A DNA stretch of 64,000 bases, taken from Camelus ferus (lineage: Eukaryota). Location of the stretch: NCBI RefSeq assembly GCF_009834535.1, contig NC_045697.1, positions 100,690,001-100,754,000 of the forward strand, read 5' to 3'. This document shows positions 36,589-49,390 of the stretch, one piece after another (position 1 is the stretch's first letter; each line of letters begins with the position of its first letter). The position numbers and the translations under genes are program-made. The notes beneath the pieces were generated by a model. It worked only from the letters and a program-made list of their open reading frames with translations. It did not search any database and was not told the origin of the DNA.

Positions 36589-37799
36589 AATTGTGTCTAA
36601 AATGTACACAGCTGAACTGCAAACGCATGCTTGCAGAATAAATGAAAGAGGTCTCTTAAGTGTTGGGACTATATTGGGGTGACATAAGTGCACGTGGTAT
36701 TTGCCTCTCAAACCGTCTCACTCCATTAGTTCTCGGAAACCGCTCCTGACCTCTCTCTGAGACTTTATTCTCATTTATTGAAATCGCAGGTTAGAGGAGA
36801 TTCCACAAGCCCTTGTTTTGCAAAGGCAATTGTTTCTGTTTTTCCATTTTATACAAACAAGGCTTGTCACGCTCTGTCAGTGGAGGTCCCCTGCACGCTG
36901 AAATAAACTACTTGGACGGCTGACTCTCTAACTCTCTTTTAAACGTCAGATTTAGTTTTTTGAATTGATTTCTCATTTGTTCTTGAGAGATGCTAAGCAT
37001 AACATAACACAAACGTTGTTGAGGATATGATAAGTGAGGTAAAAGAGGCCTGATTTTGTTGTTGTTAAACTGCACCTTGAAATTAACACTTGTGTCCCAG
37101 GATGCACTGTTAGAGTAAAACTTGGACAACAATGGAATTTCATTGATTCTAAGACATGTTTTCATATCTCAACATATTAGAAATCAACATTTATCATAGA
37201 ATCAATGGTGTCTTACCCTCATTCCCAGCCAGGTAGGTGTGCACAACCTGGACATAACTGTTCTCAGTTGTCATCCCATCCACTAACTTACTGCTATGTA
37301 CCTTGTATTCTACTGCCATTTTGAAGTCTAACTGATATTGAATGAAAAGTTGGTATGTAAGCAAAAAGACCTGGCAACAGTACAGCAAGGCATAACTTTG
37401 CTCTTACTGACACAAATATTTATTGCTGGTAGAATAAATAAAATTATACATTTTTCTGACAGAGCAACAATCAAGGATCTAAGAAATAAAATGTTGACAA
37501 AGAATGAAGCTATATTATGTTTTCCGAATGAGATATGTGTGAAAAGATTGTCTGTTAGATTCTAAGCAATGTAGTTGAAGATAGGAGAAATTGACCAGTC
37601 CCTCAGAAGGGATGAAAGAAATTTCAGGGCAATGAGAGACTAGTGTGACTAATTCATAAATTGTGCAGGGCATTCATTAAAGTATTGCTTCATGGTTTTA
37701 TCAGCAGCATTCTTTCTTTCCTAGTAGCACAATCATTGATATTTCAGATCGGGTGAAAAATAACAAGGAGAGAAATGGAGGAACAAGATGGGTGATTTA

Positions 37800-38030
37800 G
37801 TTGCATGATACAGAAGCAATTTAGAATAATAGAATATAAATACATTTGACATCATTATAGCTTAGATTCTACTCCTCAGCCTTATTGGTAATAATTAGAG
37901 CAAGGTAACTTTGTCTGAACCTCTATTCCTATCTATAAAGTGAGATAGTAACATTTACTGAGAACTGTGGTGCAAATTAAAAAGTAAACATTTGCTAAAA
38001 AATATATTGGATGTAATATGCTGTGCTATG
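37800..38030 (+). mobile_element. MIR SINE
   Basis: GAGCAAGGTAACTTTGTCTGAACCTCTATTCCTATCTATAAAGTGAGATAGTAAC core. Confidence 0.6.
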
Positions 38031-38697
38031 CATTCGGTGGGAAGAAACCATAATGAATGCTTTAAATATTATTCTTAGAAACTGGAAAAACCTATGCAGA
38101 TTTTTGAGCCTGACATGGGCATGATTAAAGCTGACCCTGATTGGAGCAATGTATGGAAAGGATTGGAAATGGAAGAAAGAGAGTGAGCCAAACTATTAGG
38201 TCAGTGTGCTCCTCAGTGAGGCTGTGTCAGCGAGGAAGGAGGCAGGAGTAGGTGGTGGGGAGGCAAACAGCAAGGGTGGCTAGTTTCTCTGTGACATCAT
38301 TAGGTTGGACTTTTAGCAGCCCTGGTTTGGGAAACCTCAAACAGAATTCAGAAGCTCCAAACTTAATCAGTTCTACATGTCCTATTTAAGCTATGGAACA
38401 TATTTCAGGAAAAACACATTAGTCTCCAAGTAAAGTAAAGGGGAACCCTCTCCCTCTTTTTGTGCCTTCAACCAAAACTATTCATCTAAATTCAGTCTTT
38501 TCATCTGATTTTGTTTTACTTCCAATCTGTCTTGTTACCTTTGAACCTGGTTGCTTTTGCTGTCCATTTTTATCCTCATCTTCCTATTTTCTTTCTGTGA
38601 ACTTCACATTCAAGAATTTTCATATATCTGTATATCTATATCTATATCTATCCACCACATACCTTTTTAAATAAATTACTTTTCACCTCTCTCGTTT

Positions 38698-39218
38698 TTC
38701 TACCAAGTCAAAGTTTGTACTGCTCACTGCATGAAGGCCAATAAATTGAGAGATAAGTTTTGGGGGCAAGGAACAGCAACTTTATTTGGAAAGCTAGCAG
38801 ATCAAGAAGATAATGGACTAGTGTCCCAAAGAACCATCTTACTTGAGTTAGAATTCAGGCTTCTTTTCTACTTAAAGAAGAGGGGTGTGGCTGGTTGGTG
38901 CAAACTTCTTGGTCCCAAAATCCCTTGTTTCCTGTGGCTGTCCACGTAGATCTGGTCACAATGTTCCTGTAAACCTCAAACAAGAAAACTGTTATTTTCT
39001 GTTCTGCAACTTTTGGTCTCTATATAAATGGAAATGTGTTAAATATACACTTTAAAGGTCAGAGCCTTGAAAATGGGCTCTCATGTGTATTTTAGGCTAT
39101 AGGCAACATTATTTTACAAAATGCAGACTCAGAGTGACTCAGCACAGGCAACAGAGCACAAGGGTTAGAGCTAAAGGAATAGATCCAATATGGAGTCGGT
39201 TTGTTTTTCTCTGTTACA
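38698..39218 (-). mobile_element. MER41-like ERV1 solo LTR (copy A)
   Basis: Reverse complement aligns end to end with 52129-52647; near TSD GTTT/ATTT; minus-strand AATAAA near 38782. Confidence 0.85.
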
Positions 39219-40499
39219 ATTTCCAGACCCCTCTTTATTGGTCTGTTCATAAATCCACGTGCCTGATGTCTGGGAGATTCTCATTGCATGTGAGTAAATG
39301 AGAATTTTCATTTAAACCAAACTATAGAGGGACATGGCCTTAGATCTTGAAACAATCAACTTTGTATTTGAAGGTTTATTTCCTCTGTCTCCATTGATTT
39401 CTTCTGACTTCTCCTGCCCTTAGGTGGGTATCTGTGGAGGATTATGATGGTGAGGAAACTGGTTTGTAGCCAGAGGTCCTACAGTGCCCAACATAAAACT
39501 TATTTATAAAGGGAGTCACTGTCCCCCTCCTGGATTTCTGCTCTACAAGCATAGCCTTTGTATCATGCCTTTTGGCTTTCACCACAAAAATCCCTTTTAT
39601 GAGCTACACAAAGAATACAAGGTTATTCCCATAACCCAGCCTTATATATGGATGTAGAAAGAGTTGAAGCAGAGTGATTGGTGCAGCTCCAATCCAGGAT
39701 GAAACCTGCCAAGAAGCCTCATAGCTCACAGGTCTGGCGGGTGGACAGGCTGCCTTCCTGCAGGAAGAATTCAGTGTCCACAACGGTGTGTGCCTGTCAG
39801 AGGTCCACCTTTCACCACCTGTTCCAGTGGTGTCTCCTTGTTTGGGCAGAAGGGGACCTATTCCAGTGTTTTGGTTCTGAAAAATTTAAAACAATTGCAG
39901 TGGTTTTCACAGATGAGCCATCACAACATCAGGGTCTTCTCATGGCTTAAAGTGAAACACGTTATCATCGGTTGGAAAGGTGTGGCCACTTTGAGCTTCT
40001 AGAGCTCCCTTGAGTATCCACCTTTAATAACTCAGCTCATCTTCCCGGACCACATGCTTCATCTGACACTGTCCCCTTAGCTATGGGGTCACTGTTTCAG
40101 ATGTGGGCATGCTTTCCTCTCTGTGATAATACACCCTCTCTGCTACACTAAAAGCTATCAGTGGAACAATCCTTAAAATTCCCAGTGATTTAATGCTTGA
40201 TTTGAGGTACAGCACGAAGTGTATTATTTGTATTATTTATATGCAAATAATAAGTAGAAAATGGAAAAAAAGAAATATATAAATCAATAAAATGTTTCTG
40301 ACATCTTTGGAAAAAAAAAAAAGAATTCTGACTAAGAAGACACAGTTAAATGGGGTCATTAGGGGGTCACTGGTGACTTCCAGGGAGCAGCTTCCGAACA
40401 AAGTGGAGATAGAGGTTGCAATTTCAATGGAAAGGGAAGTGAGTCAGAGGTTCTGCACTGGACATTTATGCTTTAGAAAAAACTGATAGTTAAACGAAA

Positions 40500-41350
40500 G
40501 AAAGAAATGAAAAATGGGGCAATTATATGAATGAATTGATCCTAAAAAAAGAGAAACAGAAATGCAAAAGGCTCTTAAACATATGAAAAAAAGCTTAGCA
40601 TAAAAAAGTAACTGAAGTTAGAATTATGCTGCAATATCATTTTTTAACCATCAAACTGGCAATGGTGAGAGGAAGAAGGCACTCTCCCGTCACTGGTGGG
40701 AGAGAATAAATTATTATACTCTGAATGGAGGGTGGCTTGGCAATACGTATGAATATATAAAATGAATGTTCTATTTGACCTAGAAATTTCTACTCTCAGA
40801 AATTATCCTACAGATATTCTTGCTTAAATGCAGAATGACTCTATTTGAAGATATTCATTATAGAATTATTTGTAACCTCAAAATATTAGAAATGACCTAA
40901 TGTCTTTTATAGGGAACTAGATAAATAATAATAGAAAAATGTTGAGTATTTAATATGTATCAGACACAATTTTAACTGTTTTATTTGTATGGAGTATTTT
41001 ATTTCCTCGCAATAAATCTGGGAGCTCAGATGACTATTAACCTCCTTTTATAGACAAGAAAACAGGCACTGAGAGGTAAGTGACTTGTCCAGGAAACAGC
41101 AGCTAGTAAATGGTAGACCTGGGATTTGAACTCAGAGCTTAGTCTCATAACCACTGTTATAGCTGTATCTTGTTCTATAAAAGAATGAGGTATTTTATTG
41201 TTGGGCTTAAAAAAAATGAGGTAAACCTATATATGCCAATATGAAATAATCTCCAAGGCATAGTTTTAAGTGAAAAGAGTATGGTGCAAAACACTGGGTT
41301 TAAAACACTATAATTTGTGTGAAAAAATATATTTATGCATATCTGTGCAT
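40500..41350 (+). mobile_element. Old L1ME-like 3' fragment, interrupted by a MIR-like segment
   Basis: GGCTCTTAAACATATGAAAA..TTTGACCTAGAAATTTCTACTCT..ATAATCTCCAAGGCATAGTTTTAAGTGAAAA. Confidence 0.7.
40930..41155 (-). mobile_element. MIR SINE
   Basis: CTATTAACCTCCTTTTATAGACAAGAAAACAGGCACTGAGAGGTAAGTGACTTGTCCAGG..CTAGTAAATGGTAGACCTGGGATTTGAACTCAG. Confidence 0.8.
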
Positions 41351-41354
41351 AGAC

Positions 41355-42125
41355 TCCCTTTGGGTCTTGGTCCCTCTGTGTCTTGTCACAGCACTGCAGG
41401 TATAGTCGTACAGTGTTCTGTGTCTGTCTATATATTTGCCTTTAACGCAGGTTTTCTGGAGCTGCTGCAAGCTGCCCAGCTCTCTTTTGTTCTCAGTGGT
41501 CCCAGGCTTCCGGAGTATGCTGGGTCCCATCAGTTCTTTAGTTGGGAGAGACAGAAATCGGATCCTCAGGCAGGCCCCGAAATGTCAGAACACTGACATG
41601 TGCTCTAACCCTTTCCCTCTCCAGGCAGAAGCGAGGAGTTAGGGTTTTTTCTCACACCCCTCCCCTCCCCCCCTGTTCCAGGGTGAGCCAAGGGGATGAG
41701 CTGCAGTGCGTGAGTCGGTGTTAGTTCAAACCTTTGCCTTTGTTCTCAGGTTCCAGACCTGATGCCCGTTCCTGCCTGCTCTTAGGTTCAGGCAAGACAG
41801 AAACCAGTCCCCTGGGCAGCCCCCTGAAACGTCTGTGTGCTGGATGTATGTCTTCTGCTTCCTTCCCCAGGGAGAAGCCAGGAGCTGGGAGGTCTTTTTC
41901 TCAATCATGCTATGCTGCGCTTGCTGGAGGGACTATGGCAAATGGGGGCCATGCATTTTTTTTAGTGGAAGTGATGTGGTTTGATCATGCTCGCCTGGGG
42001 TGCAGGTGCCTCAACTGTTTCCTGGATTTCTCATAAAGGAAACTGGTCTGTGTATTGGTACTCAATCAGTGTCTCTGCGGAAGGATATAGGGCTTCCTAT
42101 CCTGCCATCTGGCCGATGTCATCCC
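41355..42125 (-). mobile_element. Old L1 5' UTR (L1M4/L1MC/L1MD-type 5' end)
   Basis: GC-rich. Ends GGGCTTCCTATCCTGCCATCTGGCCGATGTC, the reverse of the typical L1M start (GACGTCAGCAAGATGGCGGAATAGGAAGCCC). Contains an internal repeat of about 250 bp. Confidence 0.7.
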
Positions 42126-42762
42126 TGAATGTCACCATATTTCGATTCATGGTTAAAAGTTGTGCTGAAATCCTAACGTGGGTGACGCTGAACTTTGAAC
42201 AACTCAGTCCAGGAGACCTGCTGCAAAAAACAGTTTGGAAAATGCCCAATGTGATTTTAGATAATCACTAATGAAAGATCTTGTTTTCTGGAAAAATTTA
42301 CAAGGAGGAAAGGACTCAGCCTGGGAATAAACCCTTCTATTCCAACAATGATACAGCCCTGAAGAGCGACCAAGTAAGCGGGCCTTGAGCAGGGAGTGCT
42401 TTCATACAGATTAGAAAGGCTGTGGGACTGCGGTGATGACTGCTTTGTGATACATATATTTTCTTTTCAATGTTGTTTTGGAACTTCTAATTCCCTTTTA
42501 AGTTTGCTGCCAAAAATTCTCAGAAGAAGAATGAAATCAATACAAATTGTTGAGAAGGACTGACTGTCCTATTCCTGGCTTTTGCACAAGAAGATTACTT
42601 AATAGTGATAAGGATATTTTGAAGTTGAAGAGAGAAGTTGTGAGTCAAAGGAAGCAGAACAAATAACTGGAAATAGCAGGTGGAGCAAGGGCTATCTCCC
42701 TTAAGGTTTTTGATGCATAAGAATTGAAGGTGGGGAGAAAGTTCATTTCAAAAATTATTAGA

Positions 42763-43060
42763 TGGGGGGAGGGGATAAATTGGGAGTCAGAGATTTGAAG
42801 ATACTAACCGATATATATATATATGTGTGTGTGTATATATATATGTATATAAAATAAACAAGTTCATGCTATATAATGCAGGGAATTCTATTTGATACCT
42901 TGTAGTAACTTACGGTGAAAAAAATGTGAAAACAAATATATGTATGTTGATGTATGACTGAAGCATTGTGTTGTACACCAGAAATTGACACAACATTGTA
43001 GACTGACTATGCTTCAACAAAAAAAGACATATATATATATATACAAGAAAAAAAAAGAAA
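42763..43060 (+). mobile_element. 5'-truncated L1 3' end (same family as 19310-19580)
   Basis: GGGATAAATTGGGAG..GAGATTTG..CAGAAATTGACACAACATTGTAGACTGACTAT plus A/TA-rich tail. Confidence 0.85.
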
Positions 43061-44199
43061 TTAAGGAGAAATAAGTTTTCTAAATCTTTTTCAAATAAAT
43101 GTGTTCCAGTAGCACAGGGGTTCCAGAGAGCAGAAGGCAAGTGGCCATGGAGTGGAGGTAAAAGAACAAGAGATAAATTGATGTAGAAAGAAGGAAGTGG
43201 TGATGGTTAGGAATGAGACCACCAAAAGTGAGAGTGATGTGGAGCAGCTAGCTACTTGGGGCTAATAATTGTGGATCATGACCTGGAAGAAGTTAGAGGT
43301 TGGGTGGAGCAGAAGGGATAGGATTGCTGAAGAGGTGAAGATTTTTTTTTTTCACATACACGTATGAAATTAACTAATCCCAAGGTACCCATTTGAACTA
43401 TTTCTGCTCAAAGATTTACCATCCAGGTGCTGACTTCTTAGCACTTAAAGTTTCTTGGGCTTTTGTAATGATGATGGTGATGGGGCAAGGTGACAGAAAT
43501 TTTAATAGTTTTTTTAACCAAAAGTAGAAATAATATAGAAGAACTCTTCTGACATGGTCTCCCTGTTTCAGGATTAAAATTGGACCCTGCCCTCAGCCTT
43601 CTCAGTTAAGACTGCCTCCCAGCCACCTAGATATTGAAGCTACCTCCACGACAGTAAACTGCGATGCTGTGAAGCCAGCTCAGAGAAGATCTCTTTCTCT
43701 CTTCACCACCCCAGACTTCCAGACCTCAAACAATGATGATGAAGTTCTTGGTAAAATTTTATTTATAAAAAGAATATAGCCACATTATAGAAATTCTGAA
43801 AAACAGAGGAAACAATAGCTTTGCTTCAGCTATCATCTACCTTCTTAAGAGAATCAGTGATGTAAATTTGGAATATTCATTCTGGAAATTCATAATCTTA
43901 AATTTTTTGACCCTGTAATAAATTTAGTTTTGCACTTTGCTTTTTTGTGTATTAACTTATAGCTACCATTGTCCATGATTGCATAAAATTACCTTTATTT
44001 ACCAGTCTTTAACAGTTCTTATGCATTACACACTTACTGGTTTTACACTTCCATTAATATCAACCACTGAATATCTTTGTACATCTAACTTTTTCTGTAT
44101 GTTAGGTCATTTCTCTAGGGAAGTATCTCAGATGTGTTTAAAAAAATGTAAAATAATATTATTTAAAAATTCTTTATGTGACTTTGCTAAACACTTTAG

Positions 44200-44345
44200 G
44201 TGCATTTTTTTTAATCACTATAGAGATATGAGGTTGGTATTTTAACGCCATTTATGAATAGGGAATCTTAAGCCGAGAGAGGGGAACTAGCTTACTCTAG
44301 ATCACATAGCTGGCGGATGGATAAAACTGGATATGAAACCAAAGC
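44200..44345 (-). mobile_element. MIR SINE fragment
   Basis: CCATTTATGAATAGGGAATCTTAAGCCGAGAGAGGGGAACTAGCTTACTCTAGATCACATAGCT. Confidence 0.6.
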
Positions 44346-46651
44346 AGAGAATGATGAATAAGTTAAAACTGTGTACAAGTTGCAACCTAGTAAGAAGGTG
44401 GACCTGGAGTTTGCTGTTGAGATCTGCAGTTTCAATGCATTTTAAAGGGAAAAATCAGCCTTTTGATCTTAGTGCCATTCTGCTCTGTGCAGGGAGCCTA
44501 ATAGATGTATATGCCTCCAGCAACTAAAGAATCATATCAAAGCATTCATTTTATCACTCATTCCTTTAGACTAAGAAAAGACTGCAGAATGTTGACAGAG
44601 GAAATAGACACTTCAGGCATTTAGGTAGCTTTGATTATTGGTTTCATGGATGACTATATATTTCCATATATTTGAAACCAAAAGTTTTAAAGACTGCATC
44701 TCAGGCTTAACTTAATTCACTGATACCTATTTTTCTTTTTTTGATGATATCCTTTTAATCATGGATATCTTATAGAGGTGTAGTTTCTTGTAGAATTAAT
44801 CTTCTGCTAACTGAATAACAACTATAGATGTTTGTAAGTTCACAATTGAACCCAACCAGCTTAAAAATTAAATTGCCATGGCCAAAATTAAGTAAAAGTG
44901 TTCAAGAAGGATGTGTCCTAAAAAATAATATATCTACCCTGAAATGGAAGCCTCATTAAATGAATATGGATAAATAAATCAAAATTCCACTAATGCATTA
45001 TAGATAGAGAACAAGATTACCCAGGATTTTTTTTCTATAGAAACTATTACCTGCACTTTAGCTACCAGGCAAGGTCAGCTCTTGCCCAGCAATCAGTTTG
45101 GATCCTTTTAATCTGTAACCAGTATTCTTTACATTAGCAATGAGCCCAAAAATATGATCTGAAACCAAGCTTATAGACTTTCATTTTTTTTCTTCTGATT
45201 TCTTAGACAGATTCATCATAAGCAGAATGAAACTCAATCCTATGGAAAGAATTTTAGAAGCATCTTCAGTGAAGCGAAATAATATGGGAGGAATGAAAAA
45301 AATCATTCACTAGAAAAAGAAAGGACAGGTTTTTAAAATTCTAACAGGAAAATATCCTGCTGCTGCCTAAGAAATGGATCATTACGCAGCATCCCACTAG
45401 ATGGTGAAGTCATTCCTTCGTCTCCCTAAAACACATGTGCCTCAGTGAGACATCTTTTCTTCAGCAGATCTGACATAATCGGTTCAAGTCTAGAAGAGAC
45501 TAAGCTTTCTCTCCACCTACTGTTTGCTAGCTTTTTTCTCAGGGTGCCATCCCTTTAGTTTCCTTGTCTGAGATTTTTTATAAGATTGTAAATGTAAACA
45601 TTGAGGGACAAAGTCTAAAGAGAAGTATCACTTGTAACGCTTATGAATATTTAAATTAAAATGTATATCCTATATCAAATCCGGTGAAAAGTCTTTGCTA
45701 TTTAAAGTGGATACATAGCAAATGTCCCTTTATAAAATCGATGTATTTTACATAAAGAGCTTTTCCAGGATCTTGAGCTCATAGTTGTCAGAACAGACTG
45801 AACACAATGGGCTTGATTTTGTCATTTCACAGCCACTCTTGGAAATACAGAAATATAGCTAATCAGAACACATCACATAGATTTATATTGTTGGAATGAA
45901 TGGTAAGGCCGGCAGGTTCCTGAAGGAAGGGTGGGAATCAAACAGACTATATAGGCTGAGCCCAAGAAGGAACATCACTTCTTGGTGGGGAAAATAACCC
46001 AAGAGGGAAGTTCTCATCCATCTGTAGACAGCCTACTGAGTATCAGGCCAGGACTGGAGGAGTATGAGCATAGAAAATCAAGAGGGCATGACCGCTTCTG
46101 TGCCATCCAGAGTTAATGTTAAATTGTCTGTTTGGAGTTGATTAGACTTGTCAGCCCAAAGTCTTGATTTTTAGTGATTACAAGATTATAAGAACTAGCT
46201 TTATATAATATATATTCAGGTGTAAGCCATGCCAAAAAATGCAAGGTACTTTATTAGATTCAACTCCAAGGCCCTCTAAGCCAACAATAAGAGACACAGA
46301 AATTATTTCTATCACAGTAAATGCAGGTAAAATTCAAAATTTAATGTCAGGAACCAACTGGGTGTGAAGGGGAGAGCCCACTTCCTTTCTCTGTACTCAG
46401 TCTAATTATCGAACAATCTTTACTACTTGCTAACAGTCAGGTTGGGTAAGGTGTACACAAATCCATGGTCCTTAGGTGTATAGCTTTGTTTCTTTCTGTG
46501 AAAGTTTTATATTGAGGAGCTTCTGTGTTAAACTGTACATCGATTGATATCAATATTACTTAGGCTTTTTTGAATGAGAAAGGGAAGAAGAGAATAAATT
46601 TTATTTTATTGAGCTACTCCACCAAGTGAGGGTTAATTTTTGTCCCAGGAG

Positions 46652-47108
46652 TGTCAGTTCTTGTTTTCTGAGAAGAAGATGCTGTAGACAGAACTGGAAG
46701 TGCAAAGTGTTGATTGGGAAAATGCCTGTGTAGGCTGTAGGGGAGAAAAAAGAGGGAGAGAGAACAGAAGTAGGCAGAGAGAACCCTCAGATGACATTCC
46801 AGTATGGTGCTTGTCAAAGGAGGGAGGAAAAGAAGGGGGACTGGGTGAGAAAGGTCTCAGATTGCATGCAGTGCATCTCCCAGGAAGTTTAGGCCTGGCC
46901 TGAGAGGAGCCCCACTGCAAAGATCGTTCCTTAGAGGAGTCCCACGTCAAGAAGAAACTACGTGGCTCTAGTACCACAACCGTGCTCATTCATTAGCTGG
47001 CAGAAGCCAGGGAACTTATGGCCTAATTGTGAACACATCAGTGGATCCCAAAGGTGTGGCCACTGGGTCACCCTTGAAGGGAAATCATGTACCTCCAAGA
47101 CCACCACA
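46652..47108 (-). mobile_element. LTR16-like ERVL solo LTR
   Basis: TG...CA; layout (GTTTTCTGAGAAGAAGATGCTG..TTGATTGGG..CTCAGATTGCATGCAG..CATTCATTAGCTGG..ACCACCACA) resembles recalled LTR16 reverse consensus. Confidence 0.65.
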
Positions 47109-47536
47109 CCACTTCCATTGCCCCACTATAAATCTACCCTCTTCCATCTATTTCCCCAAACTTGACGAAGTCCAGAACAGAGATGAAAAATTTATAGTAA
47201 AGCTTTCCCTTGTGCGCCGTGATAGACCTCACTCATCAGTCACTGTCATCTTTCCTGCTGATCTCAGACACAGACACATGATTCTTCTCCACACAGCTCC
47301 CAGGAAGCCACTATAATAGATGTGACATGTGAGATGAAACCTGACGGCTACTTCCGGCTGGGTCTCTGACCTTCCTCTGTGGATAGGAGCAAGGATATAA
47401 GGCTAGGAGCAGCATGCTATGGTACAAAAGTGAAATTTGAGTTTCAGAGATGAATGCTCTGCTGGACCTCAACACATTTCCAGTACTTACAGGACTTCTC
47501 TCAAAAATATATACACTATGCTGAGAAATATATAAA

Positions 47537-47600
<64 letters not shown>

Positions 47601-47637
47601 TATATACATGCAATACACACACACATATATATATACA
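47537..47637. repeat. Compound (TG)n(TA)n(CA)n microsatellite
   Basis: Direct observation. Confidence 0.95.
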
Positions 47638-49214
47638 TTTTTTTTCAGCAAGAAAGCATACTGTTAATATACCCACACCCTTTTGGTAGACAAAGCCTTC
47701 AACTTCTACACTATGTTTTTTCTCTCCTATATAAGTGGCTTCTGTATTCTGAGGGTGGGACTCAGCTGCCTGCTTCTCCAAACTGTCAGCCCCAAATGCT
47801 TTGCTGACACTGCACTTCTCGGCATATCTGTGTGCATTGTTCCCAGCACAATTGGAAGCAAGTCAGAAATGACTGCCTCAAGGTTTGCAGCCTTTTACAG
47901 AGCACTTGGCATAATCTTCACATTATGGATATTATTCTTTAATGCCAAAATGGAATAATACCATTACAGTGGAGATCAAATTGGGTTTTGCCCATCCACT
48001 TCTAACATCTTTTTGAAAATTTTCATTTCCTCAAGTTCCCCCTGGTTGGGGAAGGAAAAAAAAAATTCCCTGGAGCAGGAGCTCTCTAAAGAGTTATGCT
48101 TATGTATTAAATTCTTGCCACTGGGCAAATCTCCTGACACAGAAAGATTTATTCTAAAACTTTCATAAATAATCCCATCCCTTTTCATATACTTCTCTCT
48201 GCATTCTAATTATATTTTTAAGAAAGGCGAGAACAAATTTGATTGCCACTATTCTTATGAGATGAAGCTGGTTTAACCTGAGCTGAGAATAGCTCCCATG
48301 GCCCTTCTCAGTATTTTTTCCCCCAAATCTTTATCAGTGTGTCAAGTGGAATTTATGTGTCCTGACTTGATTGGATTTTTGAAAGGAAAAGGAGTTGGCA
48401 ATCCTAAATTACTCATTTATGACTCAGTGTGGGGTTATTCTGAAACACAGCGTGGTTCAAGCAGATCCGGGGATGTGGGCTGAAAACCAATTTTTGTTGG
48501 GTTGTCTGGAGAAGTGAATTTGGCTCCCGGTCACCACCATTAAAGGCATTTAAAATTTGCATGTGAATATGTGTACTTAATTTTTAACAAATTAAGGCCT
48601 GACTGAGTAATTAGGCAGAAAAGGAGTAGAAAAGGATTTGTGCCCTTGATAGGAGGGAGTGGAAATGCTGGACTGAAGCAGATCTCCTTGACATAAGGAT
48701 ACTGGAAAAATAGAATCAATGCAATGTTTGCTTTAGTCATTGCATCCAAGCCCATGGGGTTGCTGAGTCTCACCAGCAAATCTATTGTAGAGGCGTCACA
48801 TTTGTGCTAAGGCTTCTTGTGTGGCATGTCTAGGAAAGTGTAGGGGTGGCAGCGGGGATGGCTGAGAGGAGTTAGTGCCTGAGGTCTTCAATTATCCTGC
48901 TCTGGGGTCTGCCCACTTCCCTTTGTATCCACTTGCATTCATGGATTACACAGAGGGTGGAGGGGCTCCATTACAGGAAAAGGACAAAGATCCAGATTTT
49001 GTTTTAGAGCAGGCTTTCCACCTACAGACGCACTTTAAATGTTTGGCTGAGTGGCTTCCTTATCTAATAACAACCAGATGGCAGAGGGCCCTTCAAGGAC
49101 TCTGAGAAAGAGATCCCCAGAAGAGGAGAGGGAATTTTACTCACTGAGCCAGACCCTATCACAGACCCTAAGCTGTAAGCAGACTGGTTTCAGGTATGTG
49201 TACAGATACTGTGA

Positions 49215-49390
49215 CAGGGTTGACTTCAAGGGCACACAGTCTGTGCAGACACAAAAGGACCCACCCTCAGGAGAGCCCTGCACTTGGTTTAGGACTCTGC
49301 TGTCACTCTCTTAAAATGCTTAGTAATTTTGAACAAGATGCTCTGCATTTTCATTTTGCACTGAGCCCCACCAATTATGTAGTGGTTCTG
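49215..49390. mobile_element. MER53-like hAT MITE
   Basis: CAGGG..GCACTTGGTTTA..CTCTGCTGTC..TTTTGAACAAG..GCATTTTCATTTTGCACTGAGCCCC..AATTATGTAG..CTG. Confidence 0.8.

Noticed and set aside
47311..47807. 156-aa and 117-aa ORFs with YIYIYI runs
   Set aside because: Driven by (TA)n/(TG)n repeats; the same applies to 1063-1350 and 61461-61661
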